64,000 nt of DNA from an uncultured Chloroflexia bacterium. Lineage in GTDB: Bacteria > Chloroflexota > Anaerolineae > Anaerolineales > Villigracilaceae. This document shows, piece after piece, positions 37,159-44,375 of the stretch. The position numbers and the translations under genes were made by a program. The DNA is taken from the NCBI GenBank assembly GCA_963739255.1, contig CAVTZT010000010.1, forward strand, positions 212,392 through 276,391, read 5' to 3'. Position 1 is the first letter of the stretch, and every line of letters starts with the position of its first letter. The notes beneath the pieces are model-generated. The model did not search any database and had not been told where the DNA came from. It saw only the letters and a list, made by a program, of their open reading frames with translations.

Positions 37159-38625
37159 TTATGGCTGTCGAGATTGGACGGGACGCCGCTCGCGCAGTGA
37201 AAGGATGAGTAAGACGATAAAGGTCAACAGGCTGACCGCCCCACCCACGATCAGCGCAGTGATGTAGGGCGGGTCGGAAAGGCGGAGCACCGTCGCCTGG
37301 ATGTTCACCGGCGTGCTCACGAACAGGCTGTACATATTTTCCACGCGCCAGATGCGGGAGTGCTGGAACAGATCGTGCAGCAAAAGCACCAGCAAGGCCA
37401 GGCCGAGGATCCGCTCTGGAAGAGAGCGAGCTCCCCGGTCCGTCAGGAAGCCTTGAAGATAGAAGCTGCCCAGGACGATCAGCATGACCAGCGGCAGGAT
37501 GAAAAAGCGGGATGAAATGCGCTCCGAATCCGTCAGGGGGATGGGCAAATGGTTGACGACGGAATAGATCTGACCGATGGATAAAAAGGTGATCACCCCG
37601 ATGGGCGCCAGCAAGCTCCGGTGGGCATCTTTTTTCCGCCAGGTCTGAACCAGGCCGAAGAAAACCAGAAAGGCAAGCCCGAACAGGCCGACGTAGGTGT
37701 CCAGCTCCCACCAGCCCAGCGACTTGAACGGCCCGGCGAGGGCCTCGGCGGGATACTTGAGGGTTACCAGGGCTGAGAACAGGTCAGCCACGGTCGGGAA
37801 ACCGGAGACAAAATTCTTGCCTCCGCCGATGAATTCGACCGCCGGCGGCAGCAGGCGCACCAGGCTGAGCAGCGCGCTGAAGACGATCACCTTGAGGACG
37901 GGCACGAGATGGCGGAGTGCGAACACGCCGAAAGCCAGCAGGAAAAGCAGGCACCAGAGGAAAAAATGGTAGGCACCTTGCAGGGTCATGAAGAAGAGCG
38001 TGAGCGAGTTGAGCAGGACCCAGGCCCAACCCGTTTTTTCCCCTTCGACGGCGCGCAGGATCAGCAGGGCAAAGAAGGGCAGGAAATAATAGCCGGTCCA
38101 GATCGTGTGGCCGACGGCGGTGTGGGCGGTGATATTGCCGTTGAAATTGAACAGGCCGAACAGGACCGTGAAGGCGAAGGCCGACAGGCCATAGCGCCGT
38201 TTGAGCAGGAGCAGGCCGAAAAAACCGACCGAGAACAGGATCAGGATGTTGACCAGGGTGAACGGCCCCGGTTCGAGGAAGCGCAGCAGGTAAGCCTGCG
38301 GCGAGATCAGGGTGTCCGGGCGTCCGAGGTAGCGGTCCGTGGTGACCAGGGTCGAGCCGATGAACAGGGGGAGCTGGCCGCTCAATGCGGCCTGGCGCAG
38401 GAAGCTGAAATAGGCGCCCGCCTGCGTCCAGTCGTGCAGGTCGAAGGGGATCTTGCCCCAGTTCAGGAACAACCCCCAATGCAGCAGGCCGAGTAAATAA
38501 AGCACCGCCGCCCACAGACGGTCGAACCAGAGCGAAAGCCTGCCCCGGTCGGGGAGGAAAAAAGCATCCAGCGCCCTGGAGATGAGTTCCGGAAACTTGG
38601 CCTTTGACTTTTCTTTCGATTCCAT
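37159..38625 (-). CDS. hypothetical large polytopic membrane protein
   Basis: About 488 aa from ATG 38625 (MESKEKSKAKF...), 12 or more TM helices, no soluble domain. Family not recognised. Confidence 0.6.
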   Translation of the reverse strand: MESKEKSKAKFPELISRALDAFFLPDRGRLSLWFDRLWAAVLYLLGLLHWGLFLNWGKIPFDLHDWTQAGAYFSFLRQAALSGQLPLFIGSTLVTTDRYLGRPDTLISPQAYLLRFLEPGPFTLVNILILFSVGFFGLLLLKRRYGLSAFAFTVLFGLFNFNGNITAHTAVGHTIWTGYYFLPFFALLILRAVEGEKTGWAWVLLNSLTLFFMTLQGAYHFFLWCLLFLLAFGVFALRHLVPVLKVIVFSALLSLVRLLPPAVEFIGGGKNFVSGFPTVADLFSALVTLKYPAEALAGPFKSLGWWELDTYVGLFGLAFLVFFGLVQTWRKKDAHRSLLAPIGVITFLSIGQIYSVVNHLPIPLTDSERISSRFFILPLVMLIVLGSFYLQGFLTDRGARSLPERILGLALLVLLLHDLFQHSRIWRVENMYSLFVSTPVNIQATVLRLSDPPYITALIVGGAVSLLTFIVLLILSLRERRPVQSRQP

Positions 38626-38778
38626 GCCGCGATTATACCCGCGCTTGGGTTTCGCCTCGGCAGGATGGTCGGCTGAACCTCTCCGACTTCTCAACCGGCA
38701 GCTGGACCAACCTGATTTGCCGTCAAAATAATGTTAGAATATATGTGCTACATTTTGCTTGACGGGATTTGACCATAT

Positions 38779-39015
38779 ATGAAGACCATTCGCGCCTCCG
38801 AAGTCGGTTCCTACATCTTCTGCGCCCGGGCCTGGTGGTACGCCCGCCAGGGCGTCGAGTCCTCCCACCAGGCCGAGATGGCCGCCGGGACCGAGCTGCA
38901 CCGCCTGCACGGGCGACGGGTGCTGGCCTCCGGGCTGACCCGGGCGCTGGCGCTGATCCTGCTGCTGGCCGCCCTGATGCTGCTGGCCGCCTATTGCACG
39001 GCGCGCCTTATTTGA
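38779..39015 (+). CDS. small membrane-anchored protein carrying a Cas4-type N-terminal cysteine motif
   Basis: 78 aa. 'IRASEVGSYIFCARAWWYARQG' resembles the N-terminal Cys motif of Cas4/DUF83. C-terminal TM helix 'ALALILLLAALMLLAAY'. Confidence 0.5.
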   Translation: MKTIRASEVGSYIFCARAWWYARQGVESSHQAEMAAGTELHRLHGRRVLASGLTRALALILLLAALMLLAAYCTARLI

Positions 39016-39025
39016 CTGGATTTTG

Positions 39026-39172
39026 CTCCGTTGAAAAGATCGATTTACTGGTCAATGGTCAGGCTGAGCCTGTCGAAGCCCGACGTGAATTTGAAAATTT
39101 GACTTTCAATTTGCCCTTCGACGGGCTCAGGGCAACTGCTTATAAATAATTCGCCATATGTTTTCAACGGAG
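39026..39172. mobile_element. MITE-like element with terminal and internal inverted repeats
   Basis: 12-bp perfect TIRs CTCCGTTGAAAA (39026-37) / TTTTCAACGGAG (39161-72). Inner arms CTGAGCCTGTCGAAG (39064-78) / CTTCGACGGGCTCAG (39116-30) match 14/15. Flanked by TGGATTT direct repeats (39017-23, 39177-83). Confidence 0.65.
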
Positions 39173-39190
39173 TAATTGGATTTCTAAGCC

Positions 39191-39703
39191 ATGCTGCCTT
39201 TCGCCCTGGTCCTGCTCCTGCTCGCCGCCCTGCTCTTCTGGCTTTCCTCGCGCCAGCGGAAGGGCGCCGGCCTGCCCGGTGGCCGGGTCATTTACACCGA
39301 CACGCGCGCCTGGGGTCCGCTCGAGAAGCCCCTCTTCGACGCGGACCTGGGCCTGACCGGCAAGCCGGATTACCTGGTCGAGCAGGATGGCCGCATTATT
39401 CCCGTGGAGGTCAAGTCCGGGCGCACGCCGCAGGCGCCCTACGACGCCCACATCTTCCAGGTGGCGGCCTACTGCCTGCTGGTCGAGGAGGCCTACGGCA
39501 AGCGCCCGCCCTACGGCATCCTGCACTATCCGCAGCGCGATTTTGCCGTGGACTACACCCCGGGGTTGGAATCCGCCCTGCTCGACCTGCTGGCGGAGAT
39601 GCGCCGTGACGAGCGGCGCGCCTCGGTCGATCGCTCCCACGCCGACGAGGCCCGCTGCCGGGGCTGCGGCTTCCGCAGCGCCTGCGACCAGAAGCTGGCT
39701 TAG
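39191..39703 (+). CDS. membrane-anchored Cas4-like PD-(D/E)xK nuclease (orphan, no CRISPR nearby)
   Basis: N-terminal TM helix, then 'GKPDYLV', 'IIPVEVKSG' (ExK), 'FQVAAYCLL' (QxxxY), and a C-terminal 'CRGCGFRSAC' (Cx2Cx5C) Fe-S motif. Confidence 0.7.
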   Translation: MLPFALVLLLLAALLFWLSSRQRKGAGLPGGRVIYTDTRAWGPLEKPLFDADLGLTGKPDYLVEQDGRIIPVEVKSGRTPQAPYDAHIFQVAAYCLLVEEAYGKRPPYGILHYPQRDFAVDYTPGLESALLDLLAEMRRDERRASVDRSHADEARCRGCGFRSACDQKLA

Positions 39704-39762
39704 ACCTAACCCCCCGTTCCCCCCTTCCCTGCAGGGAAGGGGGGCATAGGGGGGGATAGGTC
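39703..39762. repeat. 60-bp G/C-tract palindrome centred on CTGCAG
   Basis: GACCTAACCCCCCGTTCCCCCCTTCCCTG | CAGGGAAGGGGGGCATAGGGGGGGATAGGTC. The inner 22 bp are perfect. It lies directly after the Cas4-like stop and upstream of nadK. Confidence 0.8.
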
Positions 39763-39784
39763 AACAACAGGTATAATTATCCCA

Positions 39785-40654
39785 ATGTCCGCTCCCACCT
39801 CCGCCCTCCGCCGCGTTGCCGTCGTCGCGCACCCGCGCATGCCGGATACGATGGCAGAAGCTCACGCTATTGCCACCTTCCTGAAAGGCCGTGGGTTGGA
39901 GACCGTTGCCGCGCCGCTGGATGATGCCTCCATGCGCAAGCGCGTCAAGAACGGCGAGTTCGACCTGCTCGTCGCCGTCGGCGGGGACGGGACGATCCTG
40001 CGCACTGCCCACCTGTGCGCCCCATGCGGCATCCCCATCCTGGGGGTCAACATGGGCCGGGTGGGCTTCCTCATCCAGGTCGGTCGGGAGGAATGGCACA
40101 CGGCGCTGGAAAATTTGTTGAAGAACGAGTGCTGGATCGAAAACCGGATGATGCTGCGCGTCGAGCATGTCCGCTCGGGGGAGGCTCAGGGTAGCTGGTA
40201 CGCCCTCAACGAAGCCGCCGTCTGCCGCGGCCAGATGGTCCGTCCGGTGCATCTCTCCGCCAGCGTGGACGGGCACCTGCTGGCCAACTACGTGGCCGAC
40301 GGGCTGATCGCCTCCACCCCGACCGGGTCGACCGCCTACGCCCTGGCCTCGGGGGGGCCGATCCTGCCCCCGGAGCTGCGCAACATCCTGCTCGTCCCGA
40401 TCGCCCCGCATCTCTCGGTCGACCGGGCGGTGGTCCTTTCCGAGGGCACGACCGTCAGCATCCTGGTCCAGGCCGGGGAGGCCGTCCTGAGTGTCGACGG
40501 GCAGACCCCCGTCGGCCTGGCCGAGAACGATACGGTCGACGTGCGCGCCGGCGAGACCATGGCCAGGTTCATTCGCTTTGGCGACCCGGGTTATTTCTAT
40601 CGCAACCTCACCGCTCACATGAACCAGAATACGCTCAAGGGCATGACGCGATGA
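39785..40654 (+). CDS. nadK: NAD(+) kinase
   Basis: 'DLLVAVGGDGTILRTA', 'GVNMGRVGFL', 'ALNEAAV', 'DGLIASTPTGSTAYALASGGPIL'. TATAAT (39772-77) lies 7 nt before the ATG. Confidence 0.9.
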   Translation: MSAPTSALRRVAVVAHPRMPDTMAEAHAIATFLKGRGLETVAAPLDDASMRKRVKNGEFDLLVAVGGDGTILRTAHLCAPCGIPILGVNMGRVGFLIQVGREEWHTALENLLKNECWIENRMMLRVEHVRSGEAQGSWYALNEAAVCRGQMVRPVHLSASVDGHLLANYVADGLIASTPTGSTAYALASGGPILPPELRNILLVPIAPHLSVDRAVVLSEGTTVSILVQAGEAVLSVDGQTPVGLAENDTVDVRAGETMARFIRFGDPGYFYRNLTAHMNQNTLKGMTR

Positions 40655-41175
40655 CCTCAGCCACCAACGTCGAATACTGCGCTAACCACCCGGGGGTCGA
40701 GACCACCCTGCACTGCAACAAGTGCGGCAAGCCGATCTGCTCGCGCTGCGCCGTGCTGACCCCGACCGGTTACCGCTGCAAGGAGTGCGTGCGCGGCCAG
40801 CAAAAGATTTTCGTCACCGCCGTGTGGTACGACTATGTCCTGGGCTTCGTCGTGGCCGGCATCCTGTCGTTCCTGGCCAGCCTCCTGGCCGGGCTGGTGG
40901 CCGGGATCGGCTTCATCGGCTGGTTCCTGATCTTCATCGGCGCGCCCAGCGCCGGGGCGGTCATCGCCGAAGGGGTGCGGCTGGCCACGCGCAGGCACCG
41001 GGCGCGAGCGCTGTTTCTCACCGTCGCGGCCGGCGTGGTCCTGGGCGCCCTGCCGTCGATCCTGATCCATCTGATCGGCTTCAACCTCTTCGGCCTCATC
41101 TTCCAGGTCATCTACCTGATCCTGGCCGTACCGGTGGTCTACACCCGCCTGTCGGGGATCCAATTATTCAGGTAA
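40651..41175 (+). CDS. B-box/zinc-ribbon membrane protein
   Basis: 'CANHPGVETTLHCNKCGKPICSRCAVLTPTGYRCKEC' followed by about 4 TM helices. The start overlaps the nadK stop (ATGA). Confidence 0.6.
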   Translation: MTSATNVEYCANHPGVETTLHCNKCGKPICSRCAVLTPTGYRCKECVRGQQKIFVTAVWYDYVLGFVVAGILSFLASLLAGLVAGIGFIGWFLIFIGAPSAGAVIAEGVRLATRRHRARALFLTVAAGVVLGALPSILIHLIGFNLFGLIFQVIYLILAVPVVYTRLSGIQLFR

Positions 41176-41210
41176 GGATACGGCGACGCCGTGTCCCTAC
41201 ACAGGTGCCT

Positions 41211-42947
41211 ATGTTGACCGAACTGCACATCCAGAATTTTGCCATCATCGACCAGCTCGACATCGAATTTGGCTCGGGCCTGATGGTCTTCACGGGAGAG
41301 ACCGGGGCGGGCAAATCCATCATCATGGACGCGGTGGAGATGCTGCTCGGCGGGCGCACGGATGCTACCGTCATCCGCTCCGACGCGGACCTGGCGCGGG
41401 TCGAGGGGACCTTCAAGCTGTCCGGCCCCGAGCGCTCCGCGGCGCAGGAGATCCTCAAGCGCGAGGAACTGCTCGACGACCCCAACTTCGTCACCCTGCA
41501 CCGCGAGGTGCGCCGCGAGGGACGCAGCGTCGCCCGGATCAACGGCCGGACCGTCAACCTGTCGCTGCTCAAGGAGCTGGGCGAGCTGCTGGTTGACATC
41601 CACGGGCAGTCCGAGCACCTCTCGCTGCTCAACGTGCGCGCCCACCTCGGCCTGCTCGATCGTTACGCCAATGTCGAGACCTCGCTGGCCGCCTATCGCA
41701 AGACTTACCAGAACCTGCTCGGCGTCCGCCGCGAGCTGAACGAGCTGCGCGAGGCACAGCGCGACGCCGAGCGCCGCACAGAGATGTTCACCTTCCAGGC
41801 CGAGGAGATCGAGGCCGCCAAGCTGCGCAAGGGCGAGGACGAGGAGCTGAAGCTGGAGCGCGACCGGCTGGCCAATGCCGAGTCGCTGGCCTCGCTGGCG
41901 CAGGAGGCCCTGACCGTCCTGGACGAGGGTTCGGCCGAGGCCTCGGCGGCCACGGATCTGATCGGGCAGGCGGCCCAGTCGTTGGCCAAGCTGAGCCAGA
42001 TCGACGCCGCCCAGGTCGCCCTCTCCGACCAGGCTGCCGCGCTGGAGGAAAACCTGGCCGACCTGGCGCGCAGCCTGCGCAACTACCTGGAGGCCATCGA
42101 GTTCAACCCCAAGCGGCTGGAGGAGGTCGAGGAGCGCCTCGACCTGATCCACCGCCTGACGCGCAAGTACGGCGGCAGCATCGAGGCCGTTGTTGCCTTC
42201 GCCGCCGACGCCCGCCGCCAGCTTGAGACCATTACCACCGCCTCGGCGCGCATTGACGAGCTGGAGGCCGCCGAGTCCGCCGGGCTGGCAAAGCTGGCCG
42301 AGCAGGGCCTGTCGCTCTCGGAAAAACGAAAAAAGGCCGCCGAGCAGATGAGTAAGGCGATCGAGGCCGAGCTGGACGACCTGAAGATGGCCGCCGCCCG
42401 CTTCGCCGTGGACTTCCAGACCAAACCCGATCCGCAGGGCATCCCCGTGGCGGAGGGGGCGCGTGTAGCTTTCGATGGAACCGGCGTCGACCGGGTCGAG
42501 TTCCTGGTGGCGCCCAATCCGGGCGAGGGGCTGAAGCCGCTGGCGAAGATCGCCTCCGGCGGCGAGACCTCCCGGCTGATGCTGGCGCTCAAGAATGTGC
42601 TGGCGCGCGCCGACCAGGTTCCCACGCTGATCTTCGACGAAATCGACCAGGGCATCGGCGGGCGCGTCGGCGGGACGGTCGGCGAGAAGCTGTGGAGCCT
42701 GGGGCTGCAGCACCAGGTGATGGTCATCACCCACCTGCCCCAGCTGGCCGTCTTCGGAGACCAGCACTGGCAGGTGCAGAAGGTCGTCGAGGGCGGGCGC
42801 ACCTTGACCCGGGTCGCCCGGCTGACCGGCGAGCCGCGCACCCTCGAGCTGGCCCAGATGCTGGGGGACGTGACCGAGGGCACGATCCGCTCGGCGCACG
42901 ACATCCTGCAGGGAGCCCAGGCGTACAAGAAGGGCAAGAAAGGGTGA
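41211..42947 (+). CDS. recN: DNA repair protein RecN
   Basis: 'MLTELHIQNFAIIDQLDIEFGSGLMVFTGETGAGKSIIMDAV', long coiled coil, 'ASGGETSRLMLALK', 'LIFDEIDQGIGG'. The upstream in-frame extension of ORF 40722 was rejected. Confidence 0.93.
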   Translation: MLTELHIQNFAIIDQLDIEFGSGLMVFTGETGAGKSIIMDAVEMLLGGRTDATVIRSDADLARVEGTFKLSGPERSAAQEILKREELLDDPNFVTLHREVRREGRSVARINGRTVNLSLLKELGELLVDIHGQSEHLSLLNVRAHLGLLDRYANVETSLAAYRKTYQNLLGVRRELNELREAQRDAERRTEMFTFQAEEIEAAKLRKGEDEELKLERDRLANAESLASLAQEALTVLDEGSAEASAATDLIGQAAQSLAKLSQIDAAQVALSDQAAALEENLADLARSLRNYLEAIEFNPKRLEEVEERLDLIHRLTRKYGGSIEAVVAFAADARRQLETITTASARIDELEAAESAGLAKLAEQGLSLSEKRKKAAEQMSKAIEAELDDLKMAAARFAVDFQTKPDPQGIPVAEGARVAFDGTGVDRVEFLVAPNPGEGLKPLAKIASGGETSRLMLALKNVLARADQVPTLIFDEIDQGIGGRVGGTVGEKLWSLGLQHQVMVITHLPQLAVFGDQHWQVQKVVEGGRTLTRVARLTGEPRTLELAQMLGDVTEGTIRSAHDILQGAQAYKKGKKG

Positions 42948-43027
42948 ATTTGTTCACAAAAAAGTCAAAAGGGTGTAAAATCGACCCCAGACTAGACATC
43001 CTGGACGTGGATGAAGGGAGTCCACGT

Positions 43028-43079
43028 AAATGCAGAAGCCGGTTGTGCCGGGGAGCACCCACTACCGGCTTCTGCATTT
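43028..43079 (+). terminator. long hairpin downstream of recN
   Basis: Perfect 16-bp stem AAATGCAGAAGCCGGT (43028-43) / ACCGGCTTCTGCATTT (43064-79) with a 20-nt loop. A 7-bp hairpin (43005-27) precedes it. Confidence 0.5.
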
Positions 43080-43082
43080 CTC

Positions 43083-43111
43083 TTGACCCGCCTTCGAATC
43101 TCGATTAGAAT
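43083..43111 (+). promoter_or_regulatory. tRNA-Arg promoter TTGACC-N17-TAGAAT
   Basis: TTGACC 43083-88, exact 17-nt spacer, TAGAAT 43106-11, about 17 nt before the mature tRNA 5' end. Confidence 0.55.
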
Positions 43112-43127
43112 CTTTGCGCTTTATAGT

Positions 43128-43204
43128 GCCCCTTTAGCTCAGCGGATTAGAGCGTTTGGTTGCGGACCAAAAGGCCGCGCGTTCGAATCGCGCAAGGGGC
43201 GCCA
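43128..43204 (+). tRNA. tRNA-Arg, anticodon GCG (read by hand), CCA encoded
   Basis: Hand-folded cloverleaf:
- acceptor GCCCCTT/AAGGGGC
- D arm GCTC-AGCGGATTA-GAGC
- anticodon arm TTTGG-TTGCGGA-CCAAA
- variable AGGCC
- T arm GCGCG-TTCGAAT-CGCGC
- discriminator G plus CCA

A20 and C35 fit Arg identity. Confidence 0.8.
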
Positions 43205-43249
43205 TGAGGAGCGGGAATCCCCCGCTTCTTTTCTTTGCCAGGAGTGGAA

Positions 43250-44053
43250 ATGGAAAAGTGTCAGATCCTTTTGACCAACGACGATGGGATTAAGTCCCCC
43301 GGGCTGTGGGCTGCGGCGGAAGCCCTCTCGGACCTGGGGTATGTCACCGTGGCAGCCCCGCGCGAGCAGTCGTCGGGGATGGGACGCAGCCTGCCGTTCA
43401 ACTCGGACGGGATCATCAAGGCGGAGACCCTGCGCGTGCGCGACAGGGATTGGACCGTCTACGCCGTGGGAGGGACGCCTGCCCAGGCGGTCCTGCACGG
43501 GGTCCTGGAGATCATGCCCAGGCGGCCCGACCTGGTGGTCTCAGGCATCAACTACGGCGAGAATGTCGCCGACGGGATCAGCGTCTCCGGGACGGTCGGC
43601 GCGGCAATGGAGGCCGCCGGTCTGGGGTTTCCCGCCCTGGCGGTTTCGCTGGAGACCGACCAGGGGCAGTTCCTCTCTTATTCCCGGGAAGTGGATTTTT
43701 CGGCCGCGGCCCATTTTGCGGCCTATTTCGCCCGCCGGCTGCTGGAAAACCACTTTCCCCCGGATGTGGAATTGCTCAAGTTGGATGTACCCTGCGATGC
43801 GACCGTGCAGACGCCCTGGCAGGTGACCAGGCTCTCGCGCCAGCGCTATTTCGTTCCCCGTGCCCCACAGCGCAAATCCTGGGATGAGCCGGCCTCCATC
43901 GACTATCGGGTCGAGCCCAAGCTGGAGAACGAGCCCGAGGACAGCGATGTGTATGTGCTGCACGCCAAGCGCATGGTCTCGGTGACGCCGCTCAGCCTGG
44001 ACATGACCTCGCGAGCAGATTTCGGGGAGTTGGAGCGCCTGCTGCGTTCTTAG
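43250..44053 (+). CDS. surE: 5'/3'-nucleotidase SurE (copy 2)
   Basis: 'MEKCQILLTNDDGIKSPGLWAAAEAL', 'GINYGENVADGISVSGTVGAAMEAA'. It sits between the two tRNA genes. Confidence 0.85.
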   Translation: MEKCQILLTNDDGIKSPGLWAAAEALSDLGYVTVAAPREQSSGMGRSLPFNSDGIIKAETLRVRDRDWTVYAVGGTPAQAVLHGVLEIMPRRPDLVVSGINYGENVADGISVSGTVGAAMEAAGLGFPALAVSLETDQGQFLSYSREVDFSAAAHFAAYFARRLLENHFPPDVELLKLDVPCDATVQTPWQVTRLSRQRYFVPRAPQRKSWDEPASIDYRVEPKLENEPEDSDVYVLHAKRMVSVTPLSLDMTSRADFGELERLLRS

Positions 44054-44082
44054 TTGACGTTCGAGGGGCGGCATGATAGAAT
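44054..44082 (+). promoter_or_regulatory. tRNA-Lys promoter TTGACG-N17-TAGAAT
   Basis: TTGACG 44054-59, exact 17-nt spacer, TAGAAT 44077-82, about 13 nt before the tRNA 5' end. Confidence 0.55.
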
Positions 44083-44094
44083 GCAGACCGCCAC

Positions 44095-44166
44095 GGGTGC
44101 GTAGCTCAATGGAAGAGCAGTGGCCTTTTAAGCCATTGGTTGAGAGTTCGAGCCTCTCCGCACTCA
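44095..44166 (+). tRNA. tRNA-Lys(UUU), CCA not encoded
   Basis: Hand-folded cloverleaf:
- acceptor GGGTGCG/CGCACTC
- D arm GCTC-AATGGAA-GAGC
- anticodon arm GTGGC-CTTTTAA-GCCAT
- T arm GAGAG-TTCGAGC-CTCTC
- discriminator A. Confidence 0.85.
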
Positions 44167-44226
44167 CAAATTTCCCACTTTGACCCCTAAATTGGGGCTT
44201 AAAATGGGGGTTTCCTCCCACCTGGA

Positions 44227-44248
44227 CCTGCCGAAAGGCAGGTTTTTT
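44227..44248 (+). terminator. rho-independent terminator after tRNA-Lys
   Basis: CCTGCC-GAAA-GGCAGG followed by TTTTTT (44243-48). Confidence 0.65.
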
Positions 44249-44375
44249 GCTTGATTCGTCCCATTTTGGCGATTTTGCCCCTTTTGAAAATAAAAAAGAA
44301 TTCCAGTGTCCTTGTGGAATTATTTTTGGGGCGAGTCAAGCGCAGTCCATCCATTCAGGCATGCGGAGGTGTACC

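Noticed and set aside
35977-37200. 407-aa plus-strand ORF opposite the M42 peptidase.
   Set aside because: Antisense shadow ORF. It begins inside the repeat element and has no domain signature.
38779-39703. A CRISPR-Cas locus implied by the Cas4-like gene.
   Set aside because: I found no array of regularly spaced direct repeats and no cas1, cas2 or effector gene anywhere in the window. The protein is treated as a stand-alone PD-(D/E)xK nuclease.
40722-41210. In-frame upstream extension that makes the recN ORF 741 aa. Also the 586-aa antisense ORF 41139-42899.
   Set aside because: The extension is Arg/Pro/Gly-rich and overlaps the well-formed zinc-ribbon membrane gene in another frame. The RecN consensus N-terminus 'MLTELHIQNFA' begins at 41211. 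The antisense ORF has no motifs.
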